A stretch of DNA of 64,000 nt from Desulfobulbaceae bacterium (GTDB lineage Bacteria > Desulfobacterota > Desulfobulbia > Desulfobulbales > Desulfobulbaceae): contig WFRY01000466.1 of NCBI GenBank assembly GCA_015486315.1, positions 7,864 to 71,863 of the forward strand. The letters run 5' to 3'. Made by a program: the position numbers and the translations under genes. This document shows positions 20,057-28,969 of the stretch, piece after piece. How positions within the stretch are numbered: position 1 is the stretch's first letter; each line of letters starts with the position of its first letter. The notes beneath the pieces are model-generated. The model made no database searches and was not told the origin of the DNA. It was given only the letters and a program-made list of their open reading frames with translations.

Positions 20057-20413
20057 CTAAGCAGTCTGAACACCGGCAGCCTTCACGACTTCAGTGAATG
20101 CCCCGGGATCTACAATGGCTAAATTGGACAATACCTTACGGTCCAGATCAATTTTGGAGACCTTCAGACCATGGATAAACTTGCTGTAGCTGACACCATT
20201 TAGATTTGCAGCTGCATTAATACGAGTGATCCACAGACGACGAAAATTTCGTTTCTTGGTTCTGCGGTCACGGTAGGCATAGCAGAGGGCACGATCTACA
20301 GCCTCGGTAGCTGTACGATACAGACGACTCTTGCCGCCCCGATAGCCCTTGGCCATCTTCAAAACTCTATTTCTTCTACGACGGGCCTTAAACCCGCGTG
20401 TTACGCGTGGCAT
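20057..20413 (-). CDS. rplT: 50S ribosomal protein L20
   Basis: [26 protein letters not shown]. Confidence 0.97.
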   Translation of the reverse strand: MPRVTRGFKARRRRNRVLKMAKGYRGGKSRLYRTATEAVDRALCYAYRDRRTKKRNFRRLWITRINAAANLNGVSYSKFIHGLKVSKIDLDRKVLSNLAIVDPGAFTEVVKAAGVQTA

Positions 20414-20447
20414 AATTGTACTCCGGTTAATTCTGTTAAATTATCGA

Positions 20448-20645
20448 CTATAAATACGGCAGCATGCGTTTAACAGCCTTGGTGTCAGCGGCGTCAATCA
20501 GGCCGGTTTTACGAAGGTTACGTTTCCGCTTGGTAGATTTCTTGGTCAAAATATGAGAGGTAAAGGCCTTGCTGCGGCGAATTTTACCAGTGCCTGTGGC
20601 CTTAAACCGTTTGGCCGCACCTCGGTTGGTTTTCATCTTGGGCAT
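20448..20645 (-). CDS. rpmI: 50S ribosomal protein L35
   Basis: [24 protein letters not shown]. The start at 20645 lies behind GAAGGAG; the 106-aa ORF-track extension is not L35-like. Confidence 0.95.
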   Translation of the reverse strand: MPKMKTNRGAAKRFKATGTGKIRRSKAFTSHILTKKSTKRKRNLRKTGLIDAADTKAVKRMLPYL

Positions 20646-20913
20646 TATCAAATCTCCTTCAATTAGCAGACAAAATGGCCTGCGAAAATGATTTCTAACT
20701 ATTTGGCATGGTTTGACCATTGTTTCGGCCACCATGCAATATGCACGTTGCGTCCTCCGGGATGACAACTCTTGTCATCCAGATCCAGCTATGGGGTTCA
20801 CATAAAATTTATATGAAAGTGCCTTCTCTGGCTATGATGTTTGTGGCTTCTTTCATCGTTCGTTGTGGCTGTGTCCGGAATTTTGGTCCAGCCATGCTGG
20901 TTACTTACTATGC

Positions 20914-21459
20914 TCAGGCCTTGGGACCAACAAACATAACCATCTGGCGGCCTTCCATTTTTGGTTCCTGAAGAATGACACAATCCTCGCGCAGGGCATC
21001 AGCAATTCTATTGATCGCGGCAAGACCGACCGACTGAGCATATATAATTTCCCGACCGCGAAAGCGCATCGTCACTTTTACCTTGTTCTTCTGACTCAAA
21101 AACTTCTTGATCCTCTTGATCTTGAAATTAAGATCATGGGTCTCGGTCTTGGGTCGGAATTTAATCTCTTTTGTCTCAATGACCGTTTGTTTCTTCTTTG
21201 CTTCCTGCTGCTTTTTCTTCAGCTCATACCGGTACTTGTCAAAATTCATAACCCGACAGACCGGAGGATCGGCCTTACCGGAGACCTCGACCAGGTCCAG
21301 ATTCTGATCATATGCAATATCCAGGGCTTTCTCTATGGGCACAACACCGAGCTGTTCGCCATCCGCATCAACAAGCCGGACTTCCGGGTACCTGATCGCC
21401 TCATTAACCTTAACCTTAATCTCTTGCTTCTGCGGGAGTTTTCTGCCTCTTCGTTTAAT
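20914..21459 (-). CDS. infC: Translation initiation factor IF-3
   Basis: INEAIRYPEVRLVDADGEQLGV... is IF-3. The ORF-track TTG at 21465 abuts the AGGAGG RBS, whereas an in-frame ATT at 21459 lies 7 nt after it. That fits the known non-canonical AUU start of infC. Confidence 0.9.
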   Translation of the reverse strand: MKRRGRKLPQKQEIKVKVNEAIRYPEVRLVDADGEQLGVVPIEKALDIAYDQNLDLVEVSGKADPPVCRVMNFDKYRYELKKKQQEAKKKQTVIETKEIKFRPKTETHDLNFKIKRIKKFLSQKNKVKVTMRFRGREIIYAQSVGLAAINRIADALREDCVILQEPKMEGRQMVMFVGPKA

Positions 21460-21491
21460 GTCCAATCCTCCTGAAAATCAATAACTTCAGC

Positions 21492-23420
21492 CTATCCGGC
21501 CATTCCTTCTTCACATTCCCGACGCACCATGTCTGCAAAATCCTGTGCCGACATAGGGGGCAGGTTATCTCCGTTACGCTTGCGTACCGTCACTGTACCG
21601 TCTTCTTTTTCACGCTCTCCGATAATGAGCATGTACGGAACCTTCATGAGCTGGGCTTCGCGAATTTTGTAGTTCAGCTTCTCATTGCGCAAATCCTGCT
21701 CAACCCGGACTCCGGCCTTACGCAAATCTGCAACAACCTTTTTTCCGTACTCGGCCTGATCATCAGTAATATTCATGACCCTGGCCTGCTCAGGCGCCAT
21801 CCACAACGGGAAGGCACCGGCATAATGCTCGATCAGCACCCCGATAAAACGTTCCAGTGACCCCATCAACGCCCGGTGAATCATGATAGGCTGATGTTCT
21901 CCGCCATCGGCACCGGTATAGCTCATACCAAAGCGCTCCGGTAGATTAAAATCTACCTGGATTGTGGAACACTGCCAGGAACGACCAAGCTGATCCTTAA
22001 TCTTGATATCTATCTTGGGACCATAGAATACACCTTCACCGGGATCGACTTCATAGGCAAGGCCCTTCTTTTCCATGGCCTGCTTCAAGGCCTCGGTGGA
22101 GAGTTCCCAGTGTTCATCGCTGCCCACATACTTTTCCGGTCTGGTGGACAGGTAGACATCATAGTCGGCAAATCCGAAGGTCTTCAGGATGTGCAGATTA
22201 AGGTCTATAATATTGAAAATTTCATCTTCCAGCTGTTCCGGCCGACAGAATATATGGGCATCATCCTGGGTAAACCCGCGCACCCGCATCAATCCGTGCA
22301 GGGCACCGGTACGCTCATATCGATAAACCGTACCCAACTCACACCAGCGAATCGGGAACTCCCGATAACTGTGCTTATTGGCATTATATATCCCTATGTG
22401 AAAGGGACAGTTCATTGGTTTGAGCTGGTAGGCTACGTCATCAATTTCCATGGCCGAGTACATGTTCTCGCCATAAAAATCCAGATGTCCGGAAGTCTTC
22501 CACAGATCCTGCCGGGCAATATGCGGGGTATAGAGCAGCTCATAGCCAAACCTGTAATGCTCGTCCTTCCAATAGTCTTCAATCAGCTTACGGAGCATTG
22601 CGCCGCGCGGCTGCCAGAGGATCAGTCCCGGACCGACTTCATCCTGAATGGTAAAGAGTCCCAGCTGTTTGCCGAGTTTACGATGATCACGCTTTTTGGC
22701 CTCTTCAAGACGGTTCAAATATTTTTTCAGCTCTTTTTTATCAAAAAAAGCAGTCCCGTACAGACGGGTAAGCATGGGTTTTTTTTCATCCCCGCGCCAG
22801 TATGAACCGGCCACCCGCAACAGCTTAAAACTCTTCAGCCAGGAGGTATCCGGAATATGCGGCCCCCGGCAGAGATCAATAAAATCACCCTGCTGATAAA
22901 TAGACACGCTGTCTGTGTCCATATCTTTGAGGAGTTCCACCTTATAGGGTTCACCCTGTTGCCCAAAAAACTCTATTGCCTCGGCAACCGACATTTCACG
23001 ACGCTTAAAGGGCTGCCTTGCCTTGACAATCTCAGCCATTTTTTCCTCAATGGCTGCAAAATCATCAGGTGTAAAAGAGACATTACGATCAAAATCGTAA
23101 TAATAGCCGTCCTCAATTGCAGGACCGATGGCGACTTTGACATCCTGACCAAACAACTCCTTAACCGCCTGAGCCATGATATGGGCACTGGAATGACGCA
23201 GGATGTGGAGCCCTTCCGCCGATTTCATTGTAATCGGTTCAAGAACTGCATCAGTTGTCAGAGAGGCCGAGAGATCCAGTGGTTCTCCATTGCACATGAC
23301 GGCAACCGCCTGCTTACGCTGCTTATTGGAAACCAGTTCCTTAAGTGCATCCTGTGCTGAAACACCGGCGGGGAGGATCTTGGATTCCCCTTCGGGTATG
23401 GAGACGGTAATGTCAGTCAT
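21492..23420 (-). CDS. thrS: Threonine--tRNA ligase
   Basis: 642 aa with a TGS domain, an editing domain (HSSAH), a class II core and an anticodon-binding domain. Confidence 0.97.
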   Translation of the reverse strand: MTDITVSIPEGESKILPAGVSAQDALKELVSNKQRKQAVAVMCNGEPLDLSASLTTDAVLEPITMKSAEGLHILRHSSAHIMAQAVKELFGQDVKVAIGPAIEDGYYYDFDRNVSFTPDDFAAIEEKMAEIVKARQPFKRREMSVAEAIEFFGQQGEPYKVELLKDMDTDSVSIYQQGDFIDLCRGPHIPDTSWLKSFKLLRVAGSYWRGDEKKPMLTRLYGTAFFDKKELKKYLNRLEEAKKRDHRKLGKQLGLFTIQDEVGPGLILWQPRGAMLRKLIEDYWKDEHYRFGYELLYTPHIARQDLWKTSGHLDFYGENMYSAMEIDDVAYQLKPMNCPFHIGIYNANKHSYREFPIRWCELGTVYRYERTGALHGLMRVRGFTQDDAHIFCRPEQLEDEIFNIIDLNLHILKTFGFADYDVYLSTRPEKYVGSDEHWELSTEALKQAMEKKGLAYEVDPGEGVFYGPKIDIKIKDQLGRSWQCSTIQVDFNLPERFGMSYTGADGGEHQPIMIHRALMGSLERFIGVLIEHYAGAFPLWMAPEQARVMNITDDQAEYGKKVVADLRKAGVRVEQDLRNEKLNYKIREAQLMKVPYMLIIGEREKEDGTVTVRKRNGDNLPPMSAQDFADMVRRECEEGMAG

Positions 23421-23573
23421 GTTGCCTGCTAAAAAGTAAAGGCTAACCAGCCGGGGTGCGAAAACCGACTCTTAGCCTTTATCGCTAATAACCATACAGA
23501 GATTTTGTCTGCACGGCAAAAAATGAAAACTTCCGGCTTGTAAATGAATGCAGCATGGAAGCGTTCAAAAATA

Positions 23574-23648
23574 TGGTAGGCGCGGGCGGTTTCGAACCGC
23601 CGACTTCTACCGTGTCAGGGTAGCGCTCTCCCCCTGAGCTACGCGCCT
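23574..23648 (-). tRNA. tRNA-Val (anticodon GAC)
   Basis: Acceptor AGGCGCG/CGCGCCT-A-CCA, anticodon arm CTACC-CTGACAC-GGTAG, T-arm GGCGG-TTCGAAA-CCGCC. Confidence 0.9.
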
Positions 23649-23985
23649 GTAGAAGGATATAATTCTCGCAACGAAAAATATTAAATCATATATATAAAAA
23701 ACGCAACTCAAATACCAGTAAACAGGTACCCTGTCAAGAAAAATAAGGGTTTGTCTTGCAACTCACCCTGTTCCGCCCGCCCTATGTTCTATGATTTTTA
23801 ATGAAATAATTTCAGGAAAAAGTGGGCCACGGGTTCCCTGGATCGGGATTCACCCTGATTTTACCAAACATAACTCTTTTTGTAACTCTCCGGGAGTAAG
23901 CACTTCAGGAACGCCCTGCTGCGCGTGATCAAGTCACCCGATAATCCCTCTGTTTACCTGGGGGCTTGAGCGCGGGCAACAGGGG

Positions 23986-23999
23986 GTTCATGGAGCTAC
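23986..23999 (-). repeat. Degenerate copy of the GTAAGCGCTCCATGAAC repeat family
   Basis: The reverse complement reads GTAGCTCCATGAACCCCCTG. This matches the copy at 43391 (GTAAGCGCTCCATGAACCCCCTG) apart from a 3-nt gap. Confidence 0.5.
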
Positions 24000-24042
24000 A
24001 TCCGAGATGTCCCATATACCCCCATGCGCAGTTCATGGCTGG

Positions 24043-24213
24043 TTATCTCACGTATGGTCGGTGCGTTATCATCCCCTCCTGCATTTCACCAGGTCCGGAA
24101 TAACTATAGTGAGAAGGTGTGCCGTAATAATGTCGTCCCATGCCATGCCGACTGCATCCGGTAAGGAAAAGTACTGCTGCAGCAAACAGGAGTAACAGTG
24201 TTATATTTTTCAT
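24043..24213 (-). CDS. Small lipoprotein (56 aa), His/Met/Tyr-rich, not in the ORF track
   Basis: Minus-strand translation reads MKNITLLLLFAAAVLFLTGCSRHGMGRHYYGTPSHYSYSGPGEMQEGMITHRPYVR*. Lipobox LTGC, GAGG RBS, and it lies 21 nt downstream of the multicopper oxidase stop. Confidence 0.5.
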   Translation of the reverse strand: MKNITLLLLFAAAVLFLTGCSRHGMGRHYYGTPSHYSYSGPGEMQEGMITHRPYVR

Positions 24214-24234
24214 CTTTGACCTCTATACTAAAAG

Positions 24235-25719
24235 TTAACTTATGACTTCAAACTGTCCCATCATGCCGTCGTCTTCATGTTCCAGCAAATGACAGTGATA
24301 CATATACACGCCTGTGTAATCGAGAAACCTGCTGATAATGCGTACGGTCTCGCCGGGCATAATCAAAACCGTATCTTTACGCCCCTGCTCATGCGGCGGA
24401 GGTGTCGCCCCGTTTCTCGACAGCACCTGGAACTGCACATCATGCAGGTGCATGGAATGGGGCATATTCATCATCATGGCGGACCGATTCGTAATCTCCC
24501 AGATTTCGGTAGAGCCAAGCTTGACCTGTTCATCAATCCGGTTGATATCCATTTTCTTCCCGTTGATGGTCAGCCTTTTTCCCATCATTCCCATCCCCAT
24601 TCGACCTCCGCCCATGGACATGGTTTCCATGATAAATTCTCGAATACCCGATGCCTCCGACTCAGGAATTCTATCTAATTTTCGCAGTTCCTTCGGCATG
24701 GTTGTTATTGTGCCGGGTCCTTTGACGCTTATCCGCAATGCCTCAAAAGTACTCCCCTTCATCTGATTCACAATGAGGGATGTATCCTGGCCATGGGCGG
24801 CAAAATCAACAAGGATCTCCGCCCGTTCGCCGGCTGACAAGACAATGGAATTCATGGGCACAGGTGCCTCCAGAAATCCGCCGTCCGAGGCAATGACATC
24901 AAATACACGCTGATCGGCAAAACCAATTCTGTAAATTGACGAATTTGAACCATTGAGCAGACGCAGACGAACCATACCTCCGGGAACTTCAAGCACAGGC
25001 TGCATCACACCGTTGACCAGCATGTAGTTGCCGATAACACCGTTCATGACATCATGCATGTTCCGGGTGTAAGCAAACTGTCCGTTATCTAAAAAACGGC
25101 GATCCTGGATGACCAGGGGAATATCATCCACCCCGTATGTTTTCGGGATCTCAAGTCTGTCGGAATACTCATCTTCAATATAGACAAGTCCGGCCAACCC
25201 GTGATACACCTGCTCCCCGGTCAAGCCCATGGCATGGGGATGATACCAGAGTGTTGCCGCCTGCTGTTTAATGGTGAAATCAGGGGTCCAGCGCGTTCCG
25301 GCAGGGATGGGCTGTCTGGGCCCGCCATCCCATCGGGCAGGCAGATGCATACCATGCCAGTGCAGGGTTGTGACCTGATCCAGAGTGTTGTCGACATTAA
25401 TTGTAAAACGGCGGCCATTGCGTACCCGAATAGTCGGGCCGAGAAAATTACCGTTATATCCGAGGGTCTCCGTTGGTTTTCCCGGAAAAAACTCTACTGT
25501 CCCCGGTTGCACTGTCATGGCAAAACGTGCACTTTGACCACTCTTATCCAGATTGTCCAGCAAGGGCGGGACAGGCAGGGGGGCTGAAAATCCACCTGCC
25601 TGTGCAGTTCCGATATAACCTGTCCTGCCGAGCAATGACAGGCCGGTTGAACCTGCACCGGCAAGGGCCAAAGCCGCCAGGCCGCCTTTTAAAAATGTCC
25701 GTCGTTTCATTATCTTCAT
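24235..25719 (-). CDS. Multicopper oxidase (CueO-like), Tat-exported
   Basis: Twin-arginine signal MKRRTFLKGG, copper-ligand motifs HWHG, HPH and HCHLLEHEDDGMM, and a Met-rich insert METMSMGGGRMGMGMMG. Confidence 0.9.
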   Translation of the reverse strand: MKIMKRRTFLKGGLAALALAGAGSTGLSLLGRTGYIGTAQAGGFSAPLPVPPLLDNLDKSGQSARFAMTVQPGTVEFFPGKPTETLGYNGNFLGPTIRVRNGRRFTINVDNTLDQVTTLHWHGMHLPARWDGGPRQPIPAGTRWTPDFTIKQQAATLWYHPHAMGLTGEQVYHGLAGLVYIEDEYSDRLEIPKTYGVDDIPLVIQDRRFLDNGQFAYTRNMHDVMNGVIGNYMLVNGVMQPVLEVPGGMVRLRLLNGSNSSIYRIGFADQRVFDVIASDGGFLEAPVPMNSIVLSAGERAEILVDFAAHGQDTSLIVNQMKGSTFEALRISVKGPGTITTMPKELRKLDRIPESEASGIREFIMETMSMGGGRMGMGMMGKRLTINGKKMDINRIDEQVKLGSTEIWEITNRSAMMMNMPHSMHLHDVQFQVLSRNGATPPPHEQGRKDTVLIMPGETVRIISRFLDYTGVYMYHCHLLEHEDDGMMGQFEVIS

Positions 25720-25751
25720 TATATCTCTCCCAAATCGACCTGGACGGGCCG

Positions 25752-26018
25752 TCAACTCAACTCTGTTTTCATACGGGTGTATTCCGCTTCACTGATTTCG
25801 CCTCTGGCATAACGTTCCTTGAGGGCATTAAGATGATCGCCCGGCGTTTTCCCTGTTTTTGCAAACAGAGCCCGAAACAATATCACGACCAGATAAATTA
25901 CCATTGCCCAGAACAACAGGGTGACGATCCAACCCAAAGGGCCGGGAAAAAAGGCACCCGGTCCGCAAAACCAACTTCCCCAGTGACTAAACTGATTACC
26001 AAATCCTGAATGCATCAT
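25752..26018 (-). CDS. SHOCT-domain membrane protein
   Basis: One TM helix followed by the C-terminal LKERYARGEISEAEYTRMK (SHOCT). Confidence 0.7.
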   Translation of the reverse strand: MMHSGFGNQFSHWGSWFCGPGAFFPGPLGWIVTLLFWAMVIYLVVILFRALFAKTGKTPGDHLNALKERYARGEISEAEYTRMKTELS

Positions 26019-26064
26019 GATATTCTCTCCTCTGTAAGAGTTAATTTATGTTTACTTACTGTAA

Positions 26065-26080
26065 AGCAGAGAACGTGCCA
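26065..26080 (-). promoter_or_regulatory. Sigma-54 (-24/-12) promoter upstream of the SHOCT/multicopper-oxidase operon
   Basis: The minus strand reads TGGCACGTTCTCTGCT. It has GG-N10-GC spacing with a consensus -24 TGGCAC, and it ends 47 nt upstream of the start codon. Confidence 0.6.
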
Positions 26081-26333
26081 CTTTGATACAGGCTGCCAAA
26101 CTAATCCAACTCGCTGAAATAATAATAAATTTATAATAGCGATCAATCAGAGTTCAACAGGGGGGCGGAGAAACTGTCTTATTTTTAGAGGGGAGAGAAA
26201 AGGAAAAACACGCTGAAGTGTCTACTTTCTGTACAGCACGGCGAGGTTGCTCACCTATGCTGAATCTGCAGGGCAAGGCACTCCGGGGGGAGCATTGTTG
26301 GTGAACTCGTTAGAGGTAAGCGGTGACGAATAC

Positions 26334-27710
26334 TCAGCACTGCGCACTGCCTGGTGTCCGGGGAAAGGGGATCACATCCCGGATATTTGCCATTCCGGTG
26401 ACAAACTGAACCAGTCGTTCAAATCCCAGACCGAAACCTGAATGGGGCACTGATCCAAAACGCCGCAGGTCCAGGTACCAGCGGTATTCATCAAGATCAA
26501 GACCAGCCTGCTCCATCCGGTCCGTGAGCAGTTCCAGGCGCTCTTCGCGCTGACTGCCTCCCACCAGTTCGCCGATACCCGGTACCAGGACATCCATGGC
26601 GGCAACGGTCTTGCCGTTATCGTCCATACGCATATAAAACGGTTTAATCTCTTTGGGATAACCGGTCACGATTACCGGCCTGCCAGCCAGCTTCTCACAG
26701 AGAAACCGTTCATGTTCAGCCTGCAGGTCAATCCCCCATTCGACTGGAAATTCAAATTTTTCCTCTGCCCGAAGCAACTCATCAACTGCCTCGCTGTAGG
26801 TCATTTTGACAAAAGATGTATCACGGACCGTTTCCAGCTTTCGCACCAGCCCTTTGCTGACAAAGCGATTAAACAGATCCAGATCATCTGCACACCGGGC
26901 AAGGACACCTGCTGCAAGATCCCTGATCAAATCTTCGGCCACTGCTGCGTTGCAGTCCAGATCACAGAAGGCCATTTCCGGTTCCAGCATCCAGAACTCT
27001 GCGAGGTGTCGACTGGTGTTGGAGTTTTCCGCCCGAAAAGTCGGACCAAAGGTATATACCCGGCCATGGGAGAGGGCATAGATCTCCGCCTGCAGCTGAC
27101 CGCTGACCGTGAGACCGGCCCGCCGACCGAAAAAATCGCCGGCAAAGGGATCATCTTTGGCAAATTTTCCCGGCTCAAGGGAGGTAACCGTAAACATCTC
27201 CCCTGCTCCCTCACAGTCCGAAGTCGTAATCACCGGCGTATGGACCTGAAAAAAACCGCGCTCTTTAAAAAAACGGTGAATGGTGCAGCTCAACTCGGAG
27301 CGCACCCTGACAACCGCACCAAGGGCATTGGTCCGTGACCGCAAATGCGTGATGGAACGTAGAAATTCAAAACTGTGCCTTTTTTTCTGCAAAGGATACG
27401 TTTCCGGATCTGCTGTACCGAGCAGGGTGATCTTTTCCGCCCTGACCTCAACATCCTGCCCCTTAGTCGGTGATTTCACCAGCAGGCCGCTGATATGTAC
27501 ACTTGAACCCGTGCTCAGATGTTTGACATCGGTTGCATAATTTTCAAGTTCGGATTCGGCAATCACCTGGATTCCGGCCAGACAGGAACCATCCGTTACC
27601 TCGATAAAGCTGAGACTGCCGGAATCCCTGTTTGTTTTTACCCATCCCTGCACTTCAACGGATTGCGATTCCGGGGCGGTCTGCAGAAGTTCTTTAATAG
27701 TTTTTTTCAT
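26334..27710 (-). CDS. asnS: Asparagine--tRNA ligase
   Basis: OB-fold N-domain plus class IIb core (FRAENSNTSRHLAEFWMLEPE, GGSQREER, GFGLGFERL). Confidence 0.93.
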   Translation of the reverse strand: MKKTIKELLQTAPESQSVEVQGWVKTNRDSGSLSFIEVTDGSCLAGIQVIAESELENYATDVKHLSTGSSVHISGLLVKSPTKGQDVEVRAEKITLLGTADPETYPLQKKRHSFEFLRSITHLRSRTNALGAVVRVRSELSCTIHRFFKERGFFQVHTPVITTSDCEGAGEMFTVTSLEPGKFAKDDPFAGDFFGRRAGLTVSGQLQAEIYALSHGRVYTFGPTFRAENSNTSRHLAEFWMLEPEMAFCDLDCNAAVAEDLIRDLAAGVLARCADDLDLFNRFVSKGLVRKLETVRDTSFVKMTYSEAVDELLRAEEKFEFPVEWGIDLQAEHERFLCEKLAGRPVIVTGYPKEIKPFYMRMDDNGKTVAAMDVLVPGIGELVGGSQREERLELLTDRMEQAGLDLDEYRWYLDLRRFGSVPHSGFGLGFERLVQFVTGMANIRDVIPFPRTPGSAQC

Positions 27711-27737
27711 GCATCCATCATTGAAGGTTTATATTTC

Positions 27738-27799
27738 GTAAGCGCTCCATGAACCCCGAGGTGTTATCATGTCAAGAGTGTGGTTAATGAAGCGCTTAC
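27738..27799 (+). repeat. REP/MITE-like unit of the GTAAGCGCT family with terminal inverted repeats
   Basis: GTAAGCGCTCCATGAAC...TTAATGAAGCGCTTAC. The termini GTAAGCGCT and AGCGCTTAC are reverse complements. Confidence 0.7.
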
Positions 27800-27831
27800 T
27801 ATATTTCGTGTATATGCCTGCGCTTATTTTT

Positions 27832-28003
27832 ATCTGATTACCCACAAAGCTCAACCATTAACAAATTCCTGGATCCCCGATAACAACACTCGGGGATGAC
27901 GAGGTTTACAACTCCGGGTGATGACGAGGCTTGCAACTCCGTTATATTGTAACCAATCAGAGTGCTGCCCACTACAGTCATTCCCGAAGTTTTTTATCGG
28001 GAA
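27832..28003 (+). repeat. MITE-like element, copy A (172 bp, non-coding)
   Basis: Near-identical in inverted orientation to 32506-32651. It contains the hairpins TCCCCGA-N9-TCGGGGA and TTCCCGA-N10-TCGGGAA, and it carries an internal ~25-bp duplication (GATGACGAGGTTTACAACTCCGG / GATGACGAGGCTTGCAACTCCG). Confidence 0.75.
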
Positions 28004-28010
28004 TCTATTG

Positions 28011-28026
28011 TTAATGAAGCGCTTAC
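28011..28026 (+). repeat. Right-end half-copy of the GTAAGCGCT family
   Basis: TTAATGAAGCGCTTAC followed by TATATTTC, as at 27784-27808. Confidence 0.6.
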
Positions 28027-28075
28027 TATATTTCTATAGTTTGACTGTTACCCAACACCGACAGACAGACAGGAA

Positions 28076-28969
28076 TCATCCCGCCTGTCGCATGAGCACC
28101 ATTTCACCTGTTCCCTGCAGGCTGTTGGCAGGCAGCTGCTTACACTCTGTGACATGGCGAGCCACTTCAGAGCATTTTATGGTGAACAGAAAAAAGATCG
28201 GCGCCTTTACTTCGGAAAGGGTTTCATAATTACCCATTCCTTTACTTATGATAATATCTGCCGCCTCAAAATGCTGTCTGAACTCTTCACTGCAATGGGC
28301 AAGCGGCGTACCGGGACAGCCTGTGCCGTTGCTGATGACCGGACATACCCTGTCAAGACCGGTGACCCGTGCATCTTCCAAGGTGGCGTCGTTGATGATC
28401 GGTCGATCTCGTACAGCTGCAGTTACCCGGCAGCCATGTTTGCGCAACTGACCTATCAACAGAGAATCAAAGACAATTTCGCCACAGTTGTCACAGAGAT
28501 ACAACAGATTTGTATTCGGTGCCGTATCGGCCATGACCTGTTGCAGGGCCGTGTAGTCGTCCAGCACAAACTCCTGATCAAAACAGGCATTCATGGTCTC
28601 CGCCACATCAAATACATGCTGGGCCGCATAATCAATAATGTTGCCGCCGATTGCTACCCGAATAGCCGCCCGCAGGGGATCCGGTGCACTGACAATCCGT
28701 TTTTCCATCTCTGCCAGCATGGACAGAGCGAGCTCGTTGCTCTCCTGTTTGACCCGGGCAAAGGGGTCCTCGGTCCGGAGGACGGAGGAGAACATCTGAT
28801 ACAGGGCAACGGCATTTTCCGGGGGAGACTGCTGCGGGTCCACGGTTGCCAGAAATCGACCGGCCTCTTCAATTATCCGCCGCCTGGCAACCGGATTATC
28901 GGTTGACAAAAGACCGGTTGCCCTGGCCTGGCGGACAAAACAGACCAGACAGTCAAGACTCGTCTGCAT
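28076..28969 (-). CDS. DUF89 / ARMT1-like damage-control phosphatase family protein
   Basis: LDCLVCFVRQA..., GGNIIDYA, DNCGEIVFD and IISKGMGNYETL are hallmarks of DUF89. The start is at the ATG at 28969 (MQTSLDC). Confidence 0.75.
   Translation of the reverse strand: MQTSLDCLVCFVRQARATGLLSTDNPVARRRIIEEAGRFLATVDPQQSPPENAVALYQMFSSVLRTEDPFARVKQESNELALSMLAEMEKRIVSAPDPLRAAIRVAIGGNIIDYAAQHVFDVAETMNACFDQEFVLDDYTALQQVMADTAPNTNLLYLCDNCGEIVFDSLLIGQLRKHGCRVTAAVRDRPIINDATLEDARVTGLDRVCPVISNGTGCPGTPLAHCSEEFRQHFEAADIIISKGMGNYETLSEVKAPIFFLFTIKCSEVARHVTECKQLPANSLQGTGEMVLMRQAG

Noticed and set aside
24007-24195. The 62-aa plus-strand ORF in the gap downstream of the multicopper oxidase.
   Set aside because: It has no RBS and an odd composition. 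The opposite strand encodes a far more convincing RBS-preceded lipoprotein with a lipobox.
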